Numbered from the stretch's first letter, positions 19,557 to 30,369 are shown. The stretch is DNA of 64,000 nucleotides from Gammaproteobacteria bacterium (GCA_016209015.1 JACQWY010000037.1:19770-83769); one strand, 5' to 3'. Notes: generated from the sequence alone by a model not told the origin. Numbers and translations: made by a program.

Positions 19557-20129
19557 ATGACCACCGGAACGTTCATCGTGCTCGTCCTCGTCGCCGTCGT
19601 GGCGCTGTATGCCGTGGCGATCTACAACGGGCTCGTCGCGCTGAAGCACAACCTCGCGAAAGCCTGGTCGAACATCGACGTGCTCCTCAAGCAGCGCCAC
19701 GACGAGCTCCCGAAGCTCGTCGAGGTCTGCAAGCAGTACATGGCCTTCGAGAAGGAGACGCTCGAGAAGGTCATCGCGGCGCGCAGCGCCGTCTCGGTCG
19801 CGCGCGAGGCCGGCGACGTCGCGAAGGTCGGCGCGGCGGAGAGCCTGCTGCGGCAGGGCCTCGGCGGCCTGTTCGCGGTCGCCGAGAGCTATCCGGATCT
19901 GAAGGCGAACGAGAATTTCCAGCAACTCCGCCAGCGCATCAGCGCGCTCGAGAACGCGATCGCCGATCGCCGCGAGTTCTACAACGAGTCGGTCAACGCG
20001 AACAACGTGCGCATCGAGCAGTTCCCGGACGTGCTGATCGCGCGCCGCTTCGGCTTCGCGGCTGCGCCGCTGCTCGAGTTCAGCGCCGACGAGAAGCGCG
20101 ACGTCGATCTGAAAGCCCTCTTCAGCTGA
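19557..20129 (+). CDS. lemA: LemA family protein
   Basis: N-terminal TM helix, YNGLV, AWSNIDVLLKQRHD, ESYPDLKAN. Confidence 0.93.
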   Translation: MTTGTFIVLVLVAVVALYAVAIYNGLVALKHNLAKAWSNIDVLLKQRHDELPKLVEVCKQYMAFEKETLEKVIAARSAVSVAREAGDVAKVGAAESLLRQGLGGLFAVAESYPDLKANENFQQLRQRISALENAIADRREFYNESVNANNVRIEQFPDVLIARRFGFAAAPLLEFSADEKRDVDLKALFS

Positions 20130-20144
20130 GCGGGCCGCGGCGCG

Positions 20145-21095
20145 ATGCAGGAGCAGCTCGTCGCGACGATTGCGCAGGCCTCGCCGGCGCACTTCTGGAT
20201 CGCGACGCTGATCGGCAGTGCCGTCATCGCCTGGTGCTGCTACGCCGCGTTCGCGAACTTCAAACGCAAGCGGCTCATCGAGGACCTGCCGACCTCGCTG
20301 CTGCGCTCGGCCGCTCAGGGCTACGTCGAACTGAAGGGGCGGGCCGAGCTCATCGACGGCGAGCGGATCAGCGGCCCTCTCACCGGCTTTCCCTGCACCT
20401 GGTTCCGCTATCGCGTCGAGGAGCGTCAGCAGCGCACGAGCCGCGGGCGCAGCGAAGCGAGCTGGCGGACGGTCGACGAGGGCACGAGCGCCAGTCTCTT
20501 CTATCTCGTCGACCCGACGGGACGCTGCGCCGTCGACCCCGACGGCGCGATCGTCACGCCTTCGCACAAGGTGAGCTGGTACGGCCGCCATCGCCAGCCC
20601 GATCGCCCCCCGAACGGCGGCGCGCTGCGCGTCTGGTTCCAGCAGCTCGGCTGCAGTTACCGTTACACCGAGGAGCGTATCGCGGTGAGCTCGCCGCTCT
20701 ATGCGCTCGGCACGTTCACGACGCACGGCGGCGTCGACGGCGGCATGGAGACGAATGCCGAGGTCGGCGTGCTGCTGCGCGAATGGAAGAAGGATCAGAC
20801 CGAGCTCCTGCGCCGCTTCGATCGCAATCGCGACGGCTGCATCGATGCCGACGAATGGCAGGCCGTGCGCGCCGCGGCCGCCGAGGAAGTGCTGCGCGCA
20901 CGCACGGACACCGCGCCGCTGGCCGTCGACCTGCTGCACAAATCGGATAACCTCGACCGGCCCTACGTGCTCTCGGCCGTCCCCGAAGAGGATCTGCTGC
21001 GCCGGCTCACCGGCGCGGCATTCGCGCAATTGCTGTTCGGCGTCGTCGGACTCACCGGACTGTTCTGGGTGTTGAGTCAGCGTCTCGCCGCCTGA
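20145..21095 (+). CDS. GIDE-like membrane protein with an EF-hand loop
   Basis: TM helices at both ends, IEDLPTS..RSAAQGYVELKG, RYTEERI, EF-hand DRNRDGCIDADE. Confidence 0.7.
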   Translation: MQEQLVATIAQASPAHFWIATLIGSAVIAWCCYAAFANFKRKRLIEDLPTSLLRSAAQGYVELKGRAELIDGERISGPLTGFPCTWFRYRVEERQQRTSRGRSEASWRTVDEGTSASLFYLVDPTGRCAVDPDGAIVTPSHKVSWYGRHRQPDRPPNGGALRVWFQQLGCSYRYTEERIAVSSPLYALGTFTTHGGVDGGMETNAEVGVLLREWKKDQTELLRRFDRNRDGCIDADEWQAVRAAAAEEVLRARTDTAPLAVDLLHKSDNLDRPYVLSAVPEEDLLRRLTGAAFAQLLFGVVGLTGLFWVLSQRLAA

Positions 21096-21186
21096 TTTGC
21101 CGCGCCCCGGGCCGACGCACCGCGCCCGACGCTTCGTGCTACTCTCCGGTCCCTCCGATTTCCCGTCACAGCCCGGAACGCACCGC

Positions 21187-23223
21187 ATGGACACCGATCT
21201 CGAACGCACCCGCGCGCAACTGCCGCGCTTCGCCACGTTCAACCCCGCCGAGGTCCAGCCCGCCGTCGATGCGTTGCTCGCCCGCAACCGCGCGGCGCTG
21301 GCCGCGCTCGGTGCGCTCGACGGCGCACCGGGCTGGGATAATTTCGTCGAGCCGCTCGACGATCTGAACGACGCGCTGAGCCGCTGCTGGTCGCCGGTGC
21401 GGCATCTGCACGGCGTGCTCGACAGCGAGGCGCTGCGCGAGGCCTATAACGCGGCGCTGCCCGCGATCTCCGCCTACGGCACGGAGCTCTTGCAGAACGA
21501 CGGCCTGTACCGCGGCTTCGCGGCGCTCGAGGCGGCGCCGGATTTCGCCGTGCTGTCGCCGGCGCGCCGCCAGGTCGTCCTGCAGTCGCTGCGCGATTTC
21601 CGGCTCGGCGGCATCGCGCTCGATCCCGCGCGGCGCGTGCGCTTCTCCGAAGTGCAGCAGGAGCTCGCGAAGCTCGGTGCGCGCTTCGAGGAGAACGTCC
21701 TCGATGCGACACGTGCGTTCGAGTACCACACGACGGACGCCGCGGAGCTCGCCGGCCTGCCCGACCCGATCCTCGGCCTGACCGCGCAGAACGCGCAACA
21801 GGCGGGACGCGAGGGGTGGCTGCTCACGCTCGATCTGCCCTGCTACCAGGCGGTGCTGATGTACGCCGACGATCGCACGCTCCGGCACACGCTCTACGAC
21901 GCCTACGTCACGCGTGCCTCGGAGCTCTCCGCCGAGGGGCGCTTCGACAACTCCGAGGTCATCTCGCGCATCCTCGCGCTGCGCCAGGAGAGCGCGCGAT
22001 TGCTGGATTTCGCGGACTACGCGGCGCTCTCGCTCGCGACGAAGATGGCCGGCTCGCCGGCCGAGGTGCTCGGTTTCCTGCGCGATCTCGCACGCCGCTC
22101 GCGACCCGTGGCGCTCCGCGAGCTCGGCGAGCTCGAGGCCTTCGCGGCACGCGAGCTCGGCATGGCGCAGCTCGAAGCCTGGGACGTGCCGTATGCGTCG
22201 GAGAAGCTCCGCCAGCACAGCTATGCGATCTCCCAGGAGACGCTGCGGCCCTACTTCCCCGTCGCGCGCGTGCTGTCGGGTCTGTTCGAGATCATCCGTC
22301 GCCTGTTCGGCGTGCGCATTGCGAAGCTCGACGGCATCGACGTCTGGCATCCGGACGTCGCGTGCTACGAAGTGCGCGGCGAAGCGGACGCCGAACTGCG
22401 CGGCGTGTTCTATCTCGACATCTTCGCGCGCGCCCACAAGCGCGGCGGCGCGTGGATGGACGACTGCCTCGGCCGGCGCCGCGTCGGCGGCGAGGTGCGG
22501 CATCCCGCGGCGTATCTCACCTGCAACTTCACGCCGCCGGTCGAAGGCCGGCCCTCGCTGCTGACGCACGACGAGGTGATCACGCTCTTCCACGAGTTCG
22601 GCCACGGCCTGCACCACCTGCTGACGCGCATCGACGAGCCCGGCGTAGCCGGCATCAACGGCGTGGCCTGGGATGCGGTCGAGCTGCCGAGCCAGTTCAT
22701 GGAGAACTGGTGCTGGGAGCGCGAGGCACTCGATCTGCTGAGCGCGCATCACGAGACCGGCGAACCGCTGAGCGACGATCTGCTCTCCCGGCTGCGCGCG
22801 GCGAAAAACTTCCAGGCCGGGCTGAAATCGCTGCGCCAGATCGAGTTCGCGCTGTTCGACTTCCGGCTGCACGCGGAATTCACGCGGGGCCTCGACGTCC
22901 AGACGCTGCTCGACGAGGTCCGCAACGAAGTCGCCGTGCTCATCCCGCCGCGGCACAACCGCTTCCAGCACAGCTTCTCGCACATCTTCGCGGGCGGTTA
23001 TGCGGCGGGCTACTACAGCTACAAGTGGGCCGAGGTGCTCGCGGCCGATGCGTTCTCGCGCTTCGAGGAAGCGGGCGTATTCGACCCGCAGGCGGGCGCG
23101 GACTTTCTGCATGCGATCCTCGAACGCGGAGGATCCGAGGACGCCGCCGTGCTGTTCCGGCGCTTCCGCGGTCGCGATCCGAGCATCGAAGCCCTGATCC
23201 GGCGCTCTGGACTAACCGCGTGA
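21187..23223 (+). CDS. prlC: Oligopeptidase A (M3A)
   Basis: KRGGAWM, HEFGHGLH, VELPSQFMEN, GYAAGYYSYKWAE. Confidence 0.95.
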   Translation: MDTDLERTRAQLPRFATFNPAEVQPAVDALLARNRAALAALGALDGAPGWDNFVEPLDDLNDALSRCWSPVRHLHGVLDSEALREAYNAALPAISAYGTELLQNDGLYRGFAALEAAPDFAVLSPARRQVVLQSLRDFRLGGIALDPARRVRFSEVQQELAKLGARFEENVLDATRAFEYHTTDAAELAGLPDPILGLTAQNAQQAGREGWLLTLDLPCYQAVLMYADDRTLRHTLYDAYVTRASELSAEGRFDNSEVISRILALRQESARLLDFADYAALSLATKMAGSPAEVLGFLRDLARRSRPVALRELGELEAFAARELGMAQLEAWDVPYASEKLRQHSYAISQETLRPYFPVARVLSGLFEIIRRLFGVRIAKLDGIDVWHPDVACYEVRGEADAELRGVFYLDIFARAHKRGGAWMDDCLGRRRVGGEVRHPAAYLTCNFTPPVEGRPSLLTHDEVITLFHEFGHGLHHLLTRIDEPGVAGINGVAWDAVELPSQFMENWCWEREALDLLSAHHETGEPLSDDLLSRLRAAKNFQAGLKSLRQIEFALFDFRLHAEFTRGLDVQTLLDEVRNEVAVLIPPRHNRFQHSFSHIFAGGYAAGYYSYKWAEVLAADAFSRFEEAGVFDPQAGADFLHAILERGGSEDAAVLFRRFRGRDPSIEALIRRSGLTA

Positions 23224-23244
23224 ATGAGGTTACAACGTGGCCCC

Positions 23245-24024
23245 ATGACGCTCGTCAAGCCGTTCTGCCTTTTCCTCTGCGCGCTCTTCGTTCCTGCCGC
23301 CATGGCCGCCGACACGGCATACGTGGTCGACAAGCTGCTCATGGGCGTGCACGAGGACAAGGATCTCAACAGCAAGATCATCAAGGTCCTCTCCACCGGC
23401 ACGAAGCTCGAGGTGCTCAAGCGCGACGGTGAGGTCGCACAGGTCAAGGATCAGGACGGCGCGACGGGTTGGGTCGACGCGGCTTACCTGATGAAGGATC
23501 CGCCGGCCTCGACGCTGCTCGATCAGCTCAAGCACGACAAGGAGACGCTCACCGCGCGCGTGAAGGATCTCGAGTCCGTGCCGAGGGCGAAGCCCGCGGT
23601 CATTCCCGACGGCACGCCCGCGCAGGTCGCGGAGATCGATTCGCTGACGAAGGAGAATACGGCGCTCAAGGTGCAGCTCTCCGCGGCGAAGCTGAAGATC
23701 GGCGAGTACGAAACGCAGATCGCGGCACTGAAGACCACGCTGCAGAACACGAGCAGCGGCAGCGGCACGGTGGCCGGCGAGCTCGAGAAGGCGAACCACA
23801 GCCTCAAGCGTCAGCTCGAGGAACTGCAGCAACAGAACAAGGATCTCGTCGCGAAGCTCGGCGCCGAGAAACCGCTCGCGGCGGCCCCCGCCGCGTGGCG
23901 CCAGATCCTCACGTCCGCACCGGTCATCATCGGCATCGTCGCGCTCGTGGTCGTCGGCTTCGGCGCGGGGGTGTGGCTGATGGACCTGCAGCAACGTCGC
24001 CGGCACGGCGGGTTCCGCATCTGA
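23245..24024 (+). CDS. SH3-domain coiled-coil membrane-anchored protein (YgiM/TIGR04211-like)
   Basis: Signal peptide, SH3b (GWV..YL), long coiled coil, C-terminal TM and RRRHGG tail. Confidence 0.8.
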   Translation: MTLVKPFCLFLCALFVPAAMAADTAYVVDKLLMGVHEDKDLNSKIIKVLSTGTKLEVLKRDGEVAQVKDQDGATGWVDAAYLMKDPPASTLLDQLKHDKETLTARVKDLESVPRAKPAVIPDGTPAQVAEIDSLTKENTALKVQLSAAKLKIGEYETQIAALKTTLQNTSSGSGTVAGELEKANHSLKRQLEELQQQNKDLVAKLGAEKPLAAAPAAWRQILTSAPVIIGIVALVVVGFGAGVWLMDLQQRRRHGGFRI

Positions 24025-24034
24025 CGGCCTGCCC

Positions 24035-24805
24035 GTGATCACGATCGCGAGCTGGAACGTCAATTCCATCCGTGCACGGCTCGATCACCTGGGCCGCTGG
24101 CTCGACGACAATTCACCCGACCTGCTGGCGCTGCAGGAAACGAAGATCCAGGACGCCGATTTTCCGCGCGATGCGTTCGCGGAACGGGGCTATCACCTCA
24201 CGATCTCGGGTCAGCGCACGTACAACGGCGTCGCGGTGTTCAGCCGCAGCGCGCCGCTCGCCGTGCACACCGACATCCCGGGTCTCGAGGATCCGCAGCG
24301 CCGTGTGCTGGGCGTCGCGTTCCCGGATCTCTATCTGCTCGACCTCTACGTGCCGAACGGCTCGGCTGTCGGCACCGACAAGTACGCCTACAAGCTCGCC
24401 TGGCTCGACGCACTCGCGGCCTGGCTGCCGAAGCTGCTCGCCGAACATCCTTCGCTCGTAATCGTGGGCGACTTCAATATCGCACCGGAAGATCGCGACG
24501 TGCACGATCCCGAAGCGTGGCGCGGTCAGGTTTTGTGCAGCGAGCCCGAGCGCGCGCGGCTCAAGGCGATCCTCGATCTCGGCTTCGTGGATACGTATCG
24601 CCAGTTCCACCCTACGGCGGGCAATTACTCGTGGTGGGACTACCGCGCTGCGGCGTTTCGCCGCAATCTCGGTCTGCGCATCGACCTCATCCTCGCGAAC
24701 GGGCGCGCCGCGGAGAACTGCCGCGAAGCGGCGATCGATCGCACACCGCGCACCTGGGAACGGCCTTCGGATCACGCGCCGGTGATTTCGCGGTTCGAGC
24801 TCTGA
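24035..24805 (+). CDS. xthA: Exodeoxyribonuclease III
   Basis: SWNVNS, LQETK, GDFNIAP, WWDYR, GLRID, SDHAPV. Confidence 0.95.
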   Translation: MITIASWNVNSIRARLDHLGRWLDDNSPDLLALQETKIQDADFPRDAFAERGYHLTISGQRTYNGVAVFSRSAPLAVHTDIPGLEDPQRRVLGVAFPDLYLLDLYVPNGSAVGTDKYAYKLAWLDALAAWLPKLLAEHPSLVIVGDFNIAPEDRDVHDPEAWRGQVLCSEPERARLKAILDLGFVDTYRQFHPTAGNYSWWDYRAAAFRRNLGLRIDLILANGRAAENCREAAIDRTPRTWERPSDHAPVISRFEL

Positions 24806-25047
24806 TTTGTATGGTTCTTAACACTTCGGCGGGTTCACGCGTCGGCGGATTTGATCGAACATGGTCCGCAGCGACATGAAAGAGGGTACGCGCGTCGCAG
24901 CCGGTCCAGGACGCGGATGAGGAGCGCAATTTGCATGGATGTGAACGCGCAGCGCGGCGGGCGCGCATCACGCGGCCGCCGCCGCGGCGACGGGCCTCGG
25001 CTCGGAGGCGAGCGACGAATTCGGCTATTGCAGCGGGTTCAGGAGTT

Positions 25048-25395
25048 ATGAAGAAGAAGGGCGGTGAATTCCAATTCGACTATTGGGCGAAGCTCGCCGT
25101 GTCCGATCCGGACGGCTTCGAGGACGCGCGCCGGCAGATGATCGAAAGTTTGATCGACTCGGCCCCGGAACACCACCGGCCGCGCTTGCGCGGGCTGCAA
25201 TGGCAGGTCGATCGCACGCGCGAACGGTCCTCGAGCGCGCTCGGATCCTGCGCCAGGATTTCCAATCTGATGTGGGACAAACTGCTCGGCGACGGCGGTC
25301 TCGTGCAGCAGATCGAGCGGTTGACCCACGATCGCGAGTCACCTTCGAGAAGGGTCAGACAGGCGACCGTCCTGCCCTTCCCGACGAGGAACTGA
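25048..25395 (+). CDS. DUF3135-like protein
   Basis: FDYWAKLA..DPDGFE..R, RLRGLQWQVD, C-terminal VLPF; AGGAG RBS. Confidence 0.78.
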   Translation: MKKKGGEFQFDYWAKLAVSDPDGFEDARRQMIESLIDSAPEHHRPRLRGLQWQVDRTRERSSSALGSCARISNLMWDKLLGDGGLVQQIERLTHDRESPSRRVRQATVLPFPTRN

Positions 25396-25406
25396 TTCCG
25401 CGGCGC

Positions 25407-25435
25407 TTGAAATCGGCGAGGGCCCGTCCTAGAAT
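25407..25435 (+). promoter_or_regulatory. sigma70 promoter of rpmE
   Basis: TTGAAA-N17-TAGAAT. Confidence 0.65.
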
Positions 25436-25470
25436 CGCTGGCCCTCTCAATCCTGCGCCCAGGCCTAGCC

Positions 25471-25674
25471 ATGAAGACCGACATCCATCCCAAGTATCAC
25501 GACATCACCGTGCAGTGCAGCTGCGGCAACTCGTTCACGACGCGTTCGACGATGAGCTCGGATACCCTGAACGTCGATGTGTGCTCCGCCTGCCACCCGT
25601 ACTACACGGGCCAGCAGAAGATCCTCGATACCGGCGGCCGCGTCGACAAGTTTCGCCGCAAGTACGGGATGTAA
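25471..25674 (+). CDS. rpmE: 50S ribosomal protein L31 (Zn-binding type)
   Basis: [23 protein letters not shown]. Confidence 0.98.
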   Translation: MKTDIHPKYHDITVQCSCGNSFTTRSTMSSDTLNVDVCSACHPYYTGQQKILDTGGRVDKFRRKYGM

Positions 25675-25813
25675 TCCGGTCCGGCCGCCGCGGCGGCCGG
25701 CAATGTTCTGGGTTCGCCGGCCGGCCGGCGCCCCCGCTCTCCCGCCTCACCGTTCACCGTAGTCCGTTCCTCCCGGGCCGCTCAGGCGAGCACCGGAAGC
25801 CGGCCGCGCGCGT

Positions 25814-26440
25814 TCATTCCTCGACGGCGAGCCAGTCGCCGAGCACGGCCAGCGCCTCCGGCACGCCGATCTTCTGGGTCGCCGAGAACAACTGCGGCGT
25901 GACCAGGCCGGCCGCACCCATCTCGTTCAGCACGCGCCGCGCAGCGTGGACGGCGTTCGCGCCCTCGTTGCGACTCAGCTTGTCGCTCTTGTTCAGCACC
26001 AGCAGCACCGGCAGGTCCGCATCGCGGCACCAGCGCAGGAGCTCGACCTCCGCATCCTTCAGCGCGTGACGGCAGTCGGTGATGAGGACGAGGCCGACCA
26101 GCGAGCGCCGCCGTTCGAGGTAGCGCGGGATCTCGCCGTGCCAATGCTCGCGCACGCTCTTCGCGACTCGCGCGTAGCCGAAGCCGGGCAGATCGATGAG
26201 CCGGCGCCCCGCATCGAGATCGAAAACGACGAAGTGCTGCGTGCGGCCCGGCGTCGCGCTCGTCCGCGCGAGGCCACGGTGATTGCAGAGCGCGTTGAGG
26301 GTGCTCGACTTGCCGACGTTCGATCTGCCGGCGAACGCGATTTCGAGCCCATCGTCGGGCGGCAGCCCGGCGAGTGTGGGCACGCTCAGCGCGAAGCGGG
26401 CGGCGTTGAACAGGAGCTTCTCGGGATGGTCTTCGATCAT
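25814..26440 (-). CDS. engB: Ribosome biogenesis GTPase YihA/EngB
   Basis: GRSNVGKS, TPGRT, DLPGFG, NKSD. Confidence 0.95.
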   Translation of the reverse strand: MIEDHPEKLLFNAARFALSVPTLAGLPPDDGLEIAFAGRSNVGKSSTLNALCNHRGLARTSATPGRTQHFVVFDLDAGRRLIDLPGFGYARVAKSVREHWHGEIPRYLERRRSLVGLVLITDCRHALKDAEVELLRWCRDADLPVLLVLNKSDKLSRNEGANAVHAARRVLNEMGAAGLVTPQLFSATQKIGVPEALAVLGDWLAVEE

Positions 26441-26576
26441 GCTGAAGTCGGTCTGCGGGGCCGGGCGAAGGGCCCGCCGGGAGGTCCTCGCGACGCGTCG
26501 TCCGGGCCGTGAAAAGGGGGCGACAAATGAATGGGCCGTACTATAATGCGCGCTCGTTTGCGGAGTTTATAGAGCG

Positions 26577-27179
26577 ATGTATCGAGCTACAAGAATCCTG
26601 ATCGTGGGATGTTTCATCGGGGGCGCAATCTCGGTTCCGGCAGTGGCCGAGGATGGTTCGGCGAAAGCGCAGGTCTGCGCGGCGTGCCACGGCGCGGACG
26701 GCAACAGCATCAATCCCGACTGGCCGAACCTCGCGGCTCAGCACCCGACCTACCTCGAGGCGCAACTCCACGCCTTCAAGAGCGGCGCCCGCAAGAACCC
26801 GAACATGACTGCGATGGCCGCGCCGCTGTCCGATCAGGACATCACGGATCTCGCCGCCTACTTCAGCAAGCAGACGCTCAAGGTCGAATCGGTCGAAGCC
26901 GCGCAGGTCGAAGCCGGAGCGAAGCTCTATCGCGGGGGCAACATGGGAACGGGCGTACCGGCCTGCATGGCCTGCCATGGCCCGAACGGCGCCGGCAACT
27001 ACGCCGCGAAGTTCCCGTCGCTGCGGGGACAGCGCGCCTCGTACACGACGATTCAGTTGAAGGCCTTTCGTGCCGGCGAGCGTACGACCGATCCGCAGGG
27101 CATGATGCGCGCGATCGCCGCACACCTGAGCGACGCGGAAATCGAGAACGTCGCGAAGTTCGTCTCCGCGCTGCACTGA
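26577..27179 (+). CDS. Di-heme cytochrome c4
   Basis: Signal peptide, CAACHG and CMACHG. Confidence 0.93.
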   Translation: MYRATRILIVGCFIGGAISVPAVAEDGSAKAQVCAACHGADGNSINPDWPNLAAQHPTYLEAQLHAFKSGARKNPNMTAMAAPLSDQDITDLAAYFSKQTLKVESVEAAQVEAGAKLYRGGNMGTGVPACMACHGPNGAGNYAAKFPSLRGQRASYTTIQLKAFRAGERTTDPQGMMRAIAAHLSDAEIENVAKFVSALH

Positions 27180-27361
27180 GCCCCTCTCCGTCCCGCGGCC
27201 CTGCCGCGGGCGCAGGCTCCCGAATCCGACGACGCACGCGATGGACCGATGCCGCGAGACGCCATGAATACCGGTTCGGCGGGGTCGCCGGACGGCGGGA
27301 ACCTTCGACGCCGGCCGTAGCCTACGCTGATGCAGTCCCAACCCAAGCGAGACCACCAGCC

Positions 27362-27982
27362 ATGACCCGACATCTCTTCGCCTTCCTCCTGGCCGCGCTC
27401 AGTTTCGGCGTCGGCGCGGAAGGCACCGAGCCGCCCGCCCAGCCCTACGAGATGATGAGCCCGGCCCAGCCGACGCAGAGCGGCGACAAGATCGAGGTCG
27501 TCGAGTTGTTCTGGTATGGCTGCCCGCACTGCTATCACTTCGAACCCGCACTCCAGGCGTGGCTGAAGAAGAAGCCGGACGACGTGATGTTCCGGCGCGT
27601 CCCCGCGCTCTTCAACGAAACCTGGGTCGTGCATGCCCGCGCCTATTACGCCGCGGAAGCGCTCGGCGTCGTCGACAAGCTGCACCAGCCGCTGTTCGAC
27701 GCCATCCACCAGGAAGGCAAGCGCATCATGGACGAGGAGACGATCATCAAATTCGCCGTGAGTCAGGGGATACCCGAGAAGGACTTCCGCGATGCGTACG
27801 ATTCTTTCGCCGTCGACAAGAAAGTGCGTCAGGCCATGATGGCGACCCGCGATTACGGCATCACCGGCGTACCGGCCGTCATCGTCAATGGCAAGTACCG
27901 CACCTCGCCCTCGCTCGCTGGCGGGCCGGACGACGTGTTAAAGGTAATAGATACGCTAGTCGCTAAAGAGAGAGCCAAGTAG
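27362..27982 (+). CDS. dsbA: Thiol:disulfide interchange protein DsbA
   Basis: WYGCPHCY, GVPA..VNGKY. Confidence 0.95.
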   Translation: MTRHLFAFLLAALSFGVGAEGTEPPAQPYEMMSPAQPTQSGDKIEVVELFWYGCPHCYHFEPALQAWLKKKPDDVMFRRVPALFNETWVVHARAYYAAEALGVVDKLHQPLFDAIHQEGKRIMDEETIIKFAVSQGIPEKDFRDAYDSFAVDKKVRQAMMATRDYGITGVPAVIVNGKYRTSPSLAGGPDDVLKVIDTLVAKERAK

Positions 27983-28225
27983 AGCCTCGATATTACAAGG
28001 GTTTGTGAACCGCACGTTCTTCCGGTTCGAGCATTTCGCCAAGCCCGGCACTCCTGCTCTCCCTGGCCAGCCGCCGCCCACGGCTGGGCAGTTTGATCCG
28101 CACGGAACTGCGGGTCGTCTTCCCGATGCCGGATGCACGGTGGCCGTGGTTCGAGGAAGCTCTGAACCTGATCGGAACTTCCTCGAGCGGACGGTCGTTC
28201 GCGAGCACTTCGAGAGTTCCACTGA

Positions 28226-29986
28226 ATGACGGTCAAGCCACCCAACAAGCCGCGCGAGCACCTCGAGGGCACCGCTGAGAGCGGTTCGAGCCAGTCCTTG
28301 CTCCGCCTGCAGCGCGCCGTGTTGAAGCTCGCCCTGTCCTTCCGGGGCCAGAACCCGCGCCTCGACGAACTCCTCAAGCGCCTCGGGAGCTTGATGAAGG
28401 GCGGGCGGCGCGATGCCGAAATCCAGATCCTCATCGACGATATCGTCGAGGTCATCGTCAGCAACGACGTCGCGCGTGACCCGCGGCAGCTCGCGGCCGG
28501 CATGATCGGCGAGATGCTCGAGCACCTCGCACCGAAGCCCGCGTGGCGGGACCAGACGCGGGCGCTGCAGCGCCGGCTCCAGGATCTGGAATCGGCTGAT
28601 GATCTGCCGCGCTACTTGAAGGAAGCGGCCGAGCTCGTCAACGCGCAGCTCCGTGCGCCGTTCAACGGCCACGACGAGCGCGATCCGAAAGCCCGCGCCG
28701 GCGAGGACAACCTCGCGCGCCTGCTGGCAAGGCTCGATGCTCCACCGGAGCTGCAGCACGAGCTGGCGCGCATCCGCACCCGCCTCGAACAACACGCGAG
28801 CCAGGCCCAGATCCTCGAATCCGTCGAGGAGACCGCGCGCCTCATATCGCAAGCGCTCGCCACGAACGTCACCGCGCCGGCCGCCCCCGCAACCGCGGCC
28901 TGGCACGGGGCACGCACGAGCCTCCTGCAGTTCCTCGACCAGGTGACGCTTCCGGAGAAGCTCGTGCCCGAACTCGCGGCGCTGAAATCGGGACTCGCGA
29001 GCGCCGCGGACGACGCGCAGGTCGGACAGTCGGTCGCTGCGATCGCGGGTCTGATTGCGAAGGCCCGAGCGCTGCTCGAGCACGAGATCACCGAGCTTCG
29101 CGAATTCCTGCGCGCCGTGCTGGAACGGCTCTCCGAGGTCAAGGACCGCATGGCGGAATCGGGCCTCGTGCATCTCGAGGCACTACAGAGCACCGTCGAC
29201 TTCGAACGCCTCATGGCCGCCCAGTTCGAAGACATGCGCGAAACGATCGCCGACGAACCGGATCTGAATGCCCTCAAGGACCAGATCGAAAATCACCTCT
29301 CGACGATCGACGCGGGCCTGAAGGATTTCGCGCAGCGCGAGAAGCACCGTCACAGCGAGGCGAAGACGCAGCTCGGCTCGGTGGTCGACAAGCTCAATGC
29401 ACTGGAAGAGGAGACGAAGAGCTTGCGCGAGAGCCTCGCCGAGCAGCGCAGCCGCTCGCTCATGGACTCTCTGACCGGCGTCCTCAATCGCATCGGTTAC
29501 GACGAGGCGATGGATCGCGAGTACGCGCGCTGGCAGCGTCACGGCGGCACGCTGTGCATCGCCGTCGTCGACGTCGATTACTTCAAGAGCGTCAACGACA
29601 GATTCGGGCACACCGCTGGCGACAAGGTGCTCTCGACGGTCGCGACGCTCGTCAAGCGCAGCATCCGCCAGAGTGACATCCTGTGTCGTTACGGCGGCGA
29701 GGAATTCTCCCTGATCCTGCCGCAGACCGAGCTCGGGGGCGGTATCGCCGCGATGGAGAAGATCCGCGCGATCGTCGCCGACAGCAATTTCCGCTTCCGC
29801 GAAACGCCGGTGCCCGTCACGATTTCGATCGGCATCGCGGAATTCCACATGGGGGACGAACCTGGGGAAGTCTTCGATCGCGCGGACCGCGCGATGTATC
29901 TCGCAAAGGAGCTCGGGCGCAACCGGTGCTGTTCGGAACGCGACGTTCCCTACGTCGCGGCGCCTGCCGCTGCGGCCACGAACTGA
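28226..29986 (+). CDS. Diguanylate cyclase with long helical N-terminus
   Basis: DSLTGVLNR, DVDYFK, RQSD I-site, GGEEF. Confidence 0.93.
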   Translation: MTVKPPNKPREHLEGTAESGSSQSLLRLQRAVLKLALSFRGQNPRLDELLKRLGSLMKGGRRDAEIQILIDDIVEVIVSNDVARDPRQLAAGMIGEMLEHLAPKPAWRDQTRALQRRLQDLESADDLPRYLKEAAELVNAQLRAPFNGHDERDPKARAGEDNLARLLARLDAPPELQHELARIRTRLEQHASQAQILESVEETARLISQALATNVTAPAAPATAAWHGARTSLLQFLDQVTLPEKLVPELAALKSGLASAADDAQVGQSVAAIAGLIAKARALLEHEITELREFLRAVLERLSEVKDRMAESGLVHLEALQSTVDFERLMAAQFEDMRETIADEPDLNALKDQIENHLSTIDAGLKDFAQREKHRHSEAKTQLGSVVDKLNALEEETKSLRESLAEQRSRSLMDSLTGVLNRIGYDEAMDREYARWQRHGGTLCIAVVDVDYFKSVNDRFGHTAGDKVLSTVATLVKRSIRQSDILCRYGGEEFSLILPQTELGGGIAAMEKIRAIVADSNFRFRETPVPVTISIGIAEFHMGDEPGEVFDRADRAMYLAKELGRNRCCSERDVPYVAAPAAAATN

Positions 29987-30000
29987 GCCCGGTCGAGCCT

Positions 30001-30369
30001 CTAGCCGAGCGTTTCGATGAAGCGCTCGAGCTGCACGTAGGCTGCCTCGTCCACTTCCACGAACTCGAGCCCGAGCAGCATGTTGCGGTTGCGGGCCTGC
30101 GTGCAGTATTTCACGCGGCAGCGGGCCTGGAAGCCGCGCACCAGCCCCGGCTGCGGCAGCGCGATCGAGACATCGAGCAGCCGGTTGGGCGACGGCGCGA
30201 TGTCCGCCCCCATGGGATGGATCAGCAGCGCATAGCGCGGGTCACATTCGACCTGCACAGCCGCGAGCGAGATGTTGCGCAGCGTGCAGCGGAACGTGAG
30301 GCGCTCGGTCAGCCTGAGCAGCGTGCTGCAGGCGAGATCGTAGCGCGGCGCGAGGCGGCGTTCGGACAT
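30001..30369 (-). CDS. Stand-alone PilZ domain protein
   Basis: RRLAPR (RxxxR), NISLAA, LGLEF. Confidence 0.82.
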   Translation of the reverse strand: MSERRLAPRYDLACSTLLRLTERLTFRCTLRNISLAAVQVECDPRYALLIHPMGADIAPSPNRLLDVSIALPQPGLVRGFQARCRVKYCTQARNRNMLLGLEFVEVDEAAYVQLERFIETLG

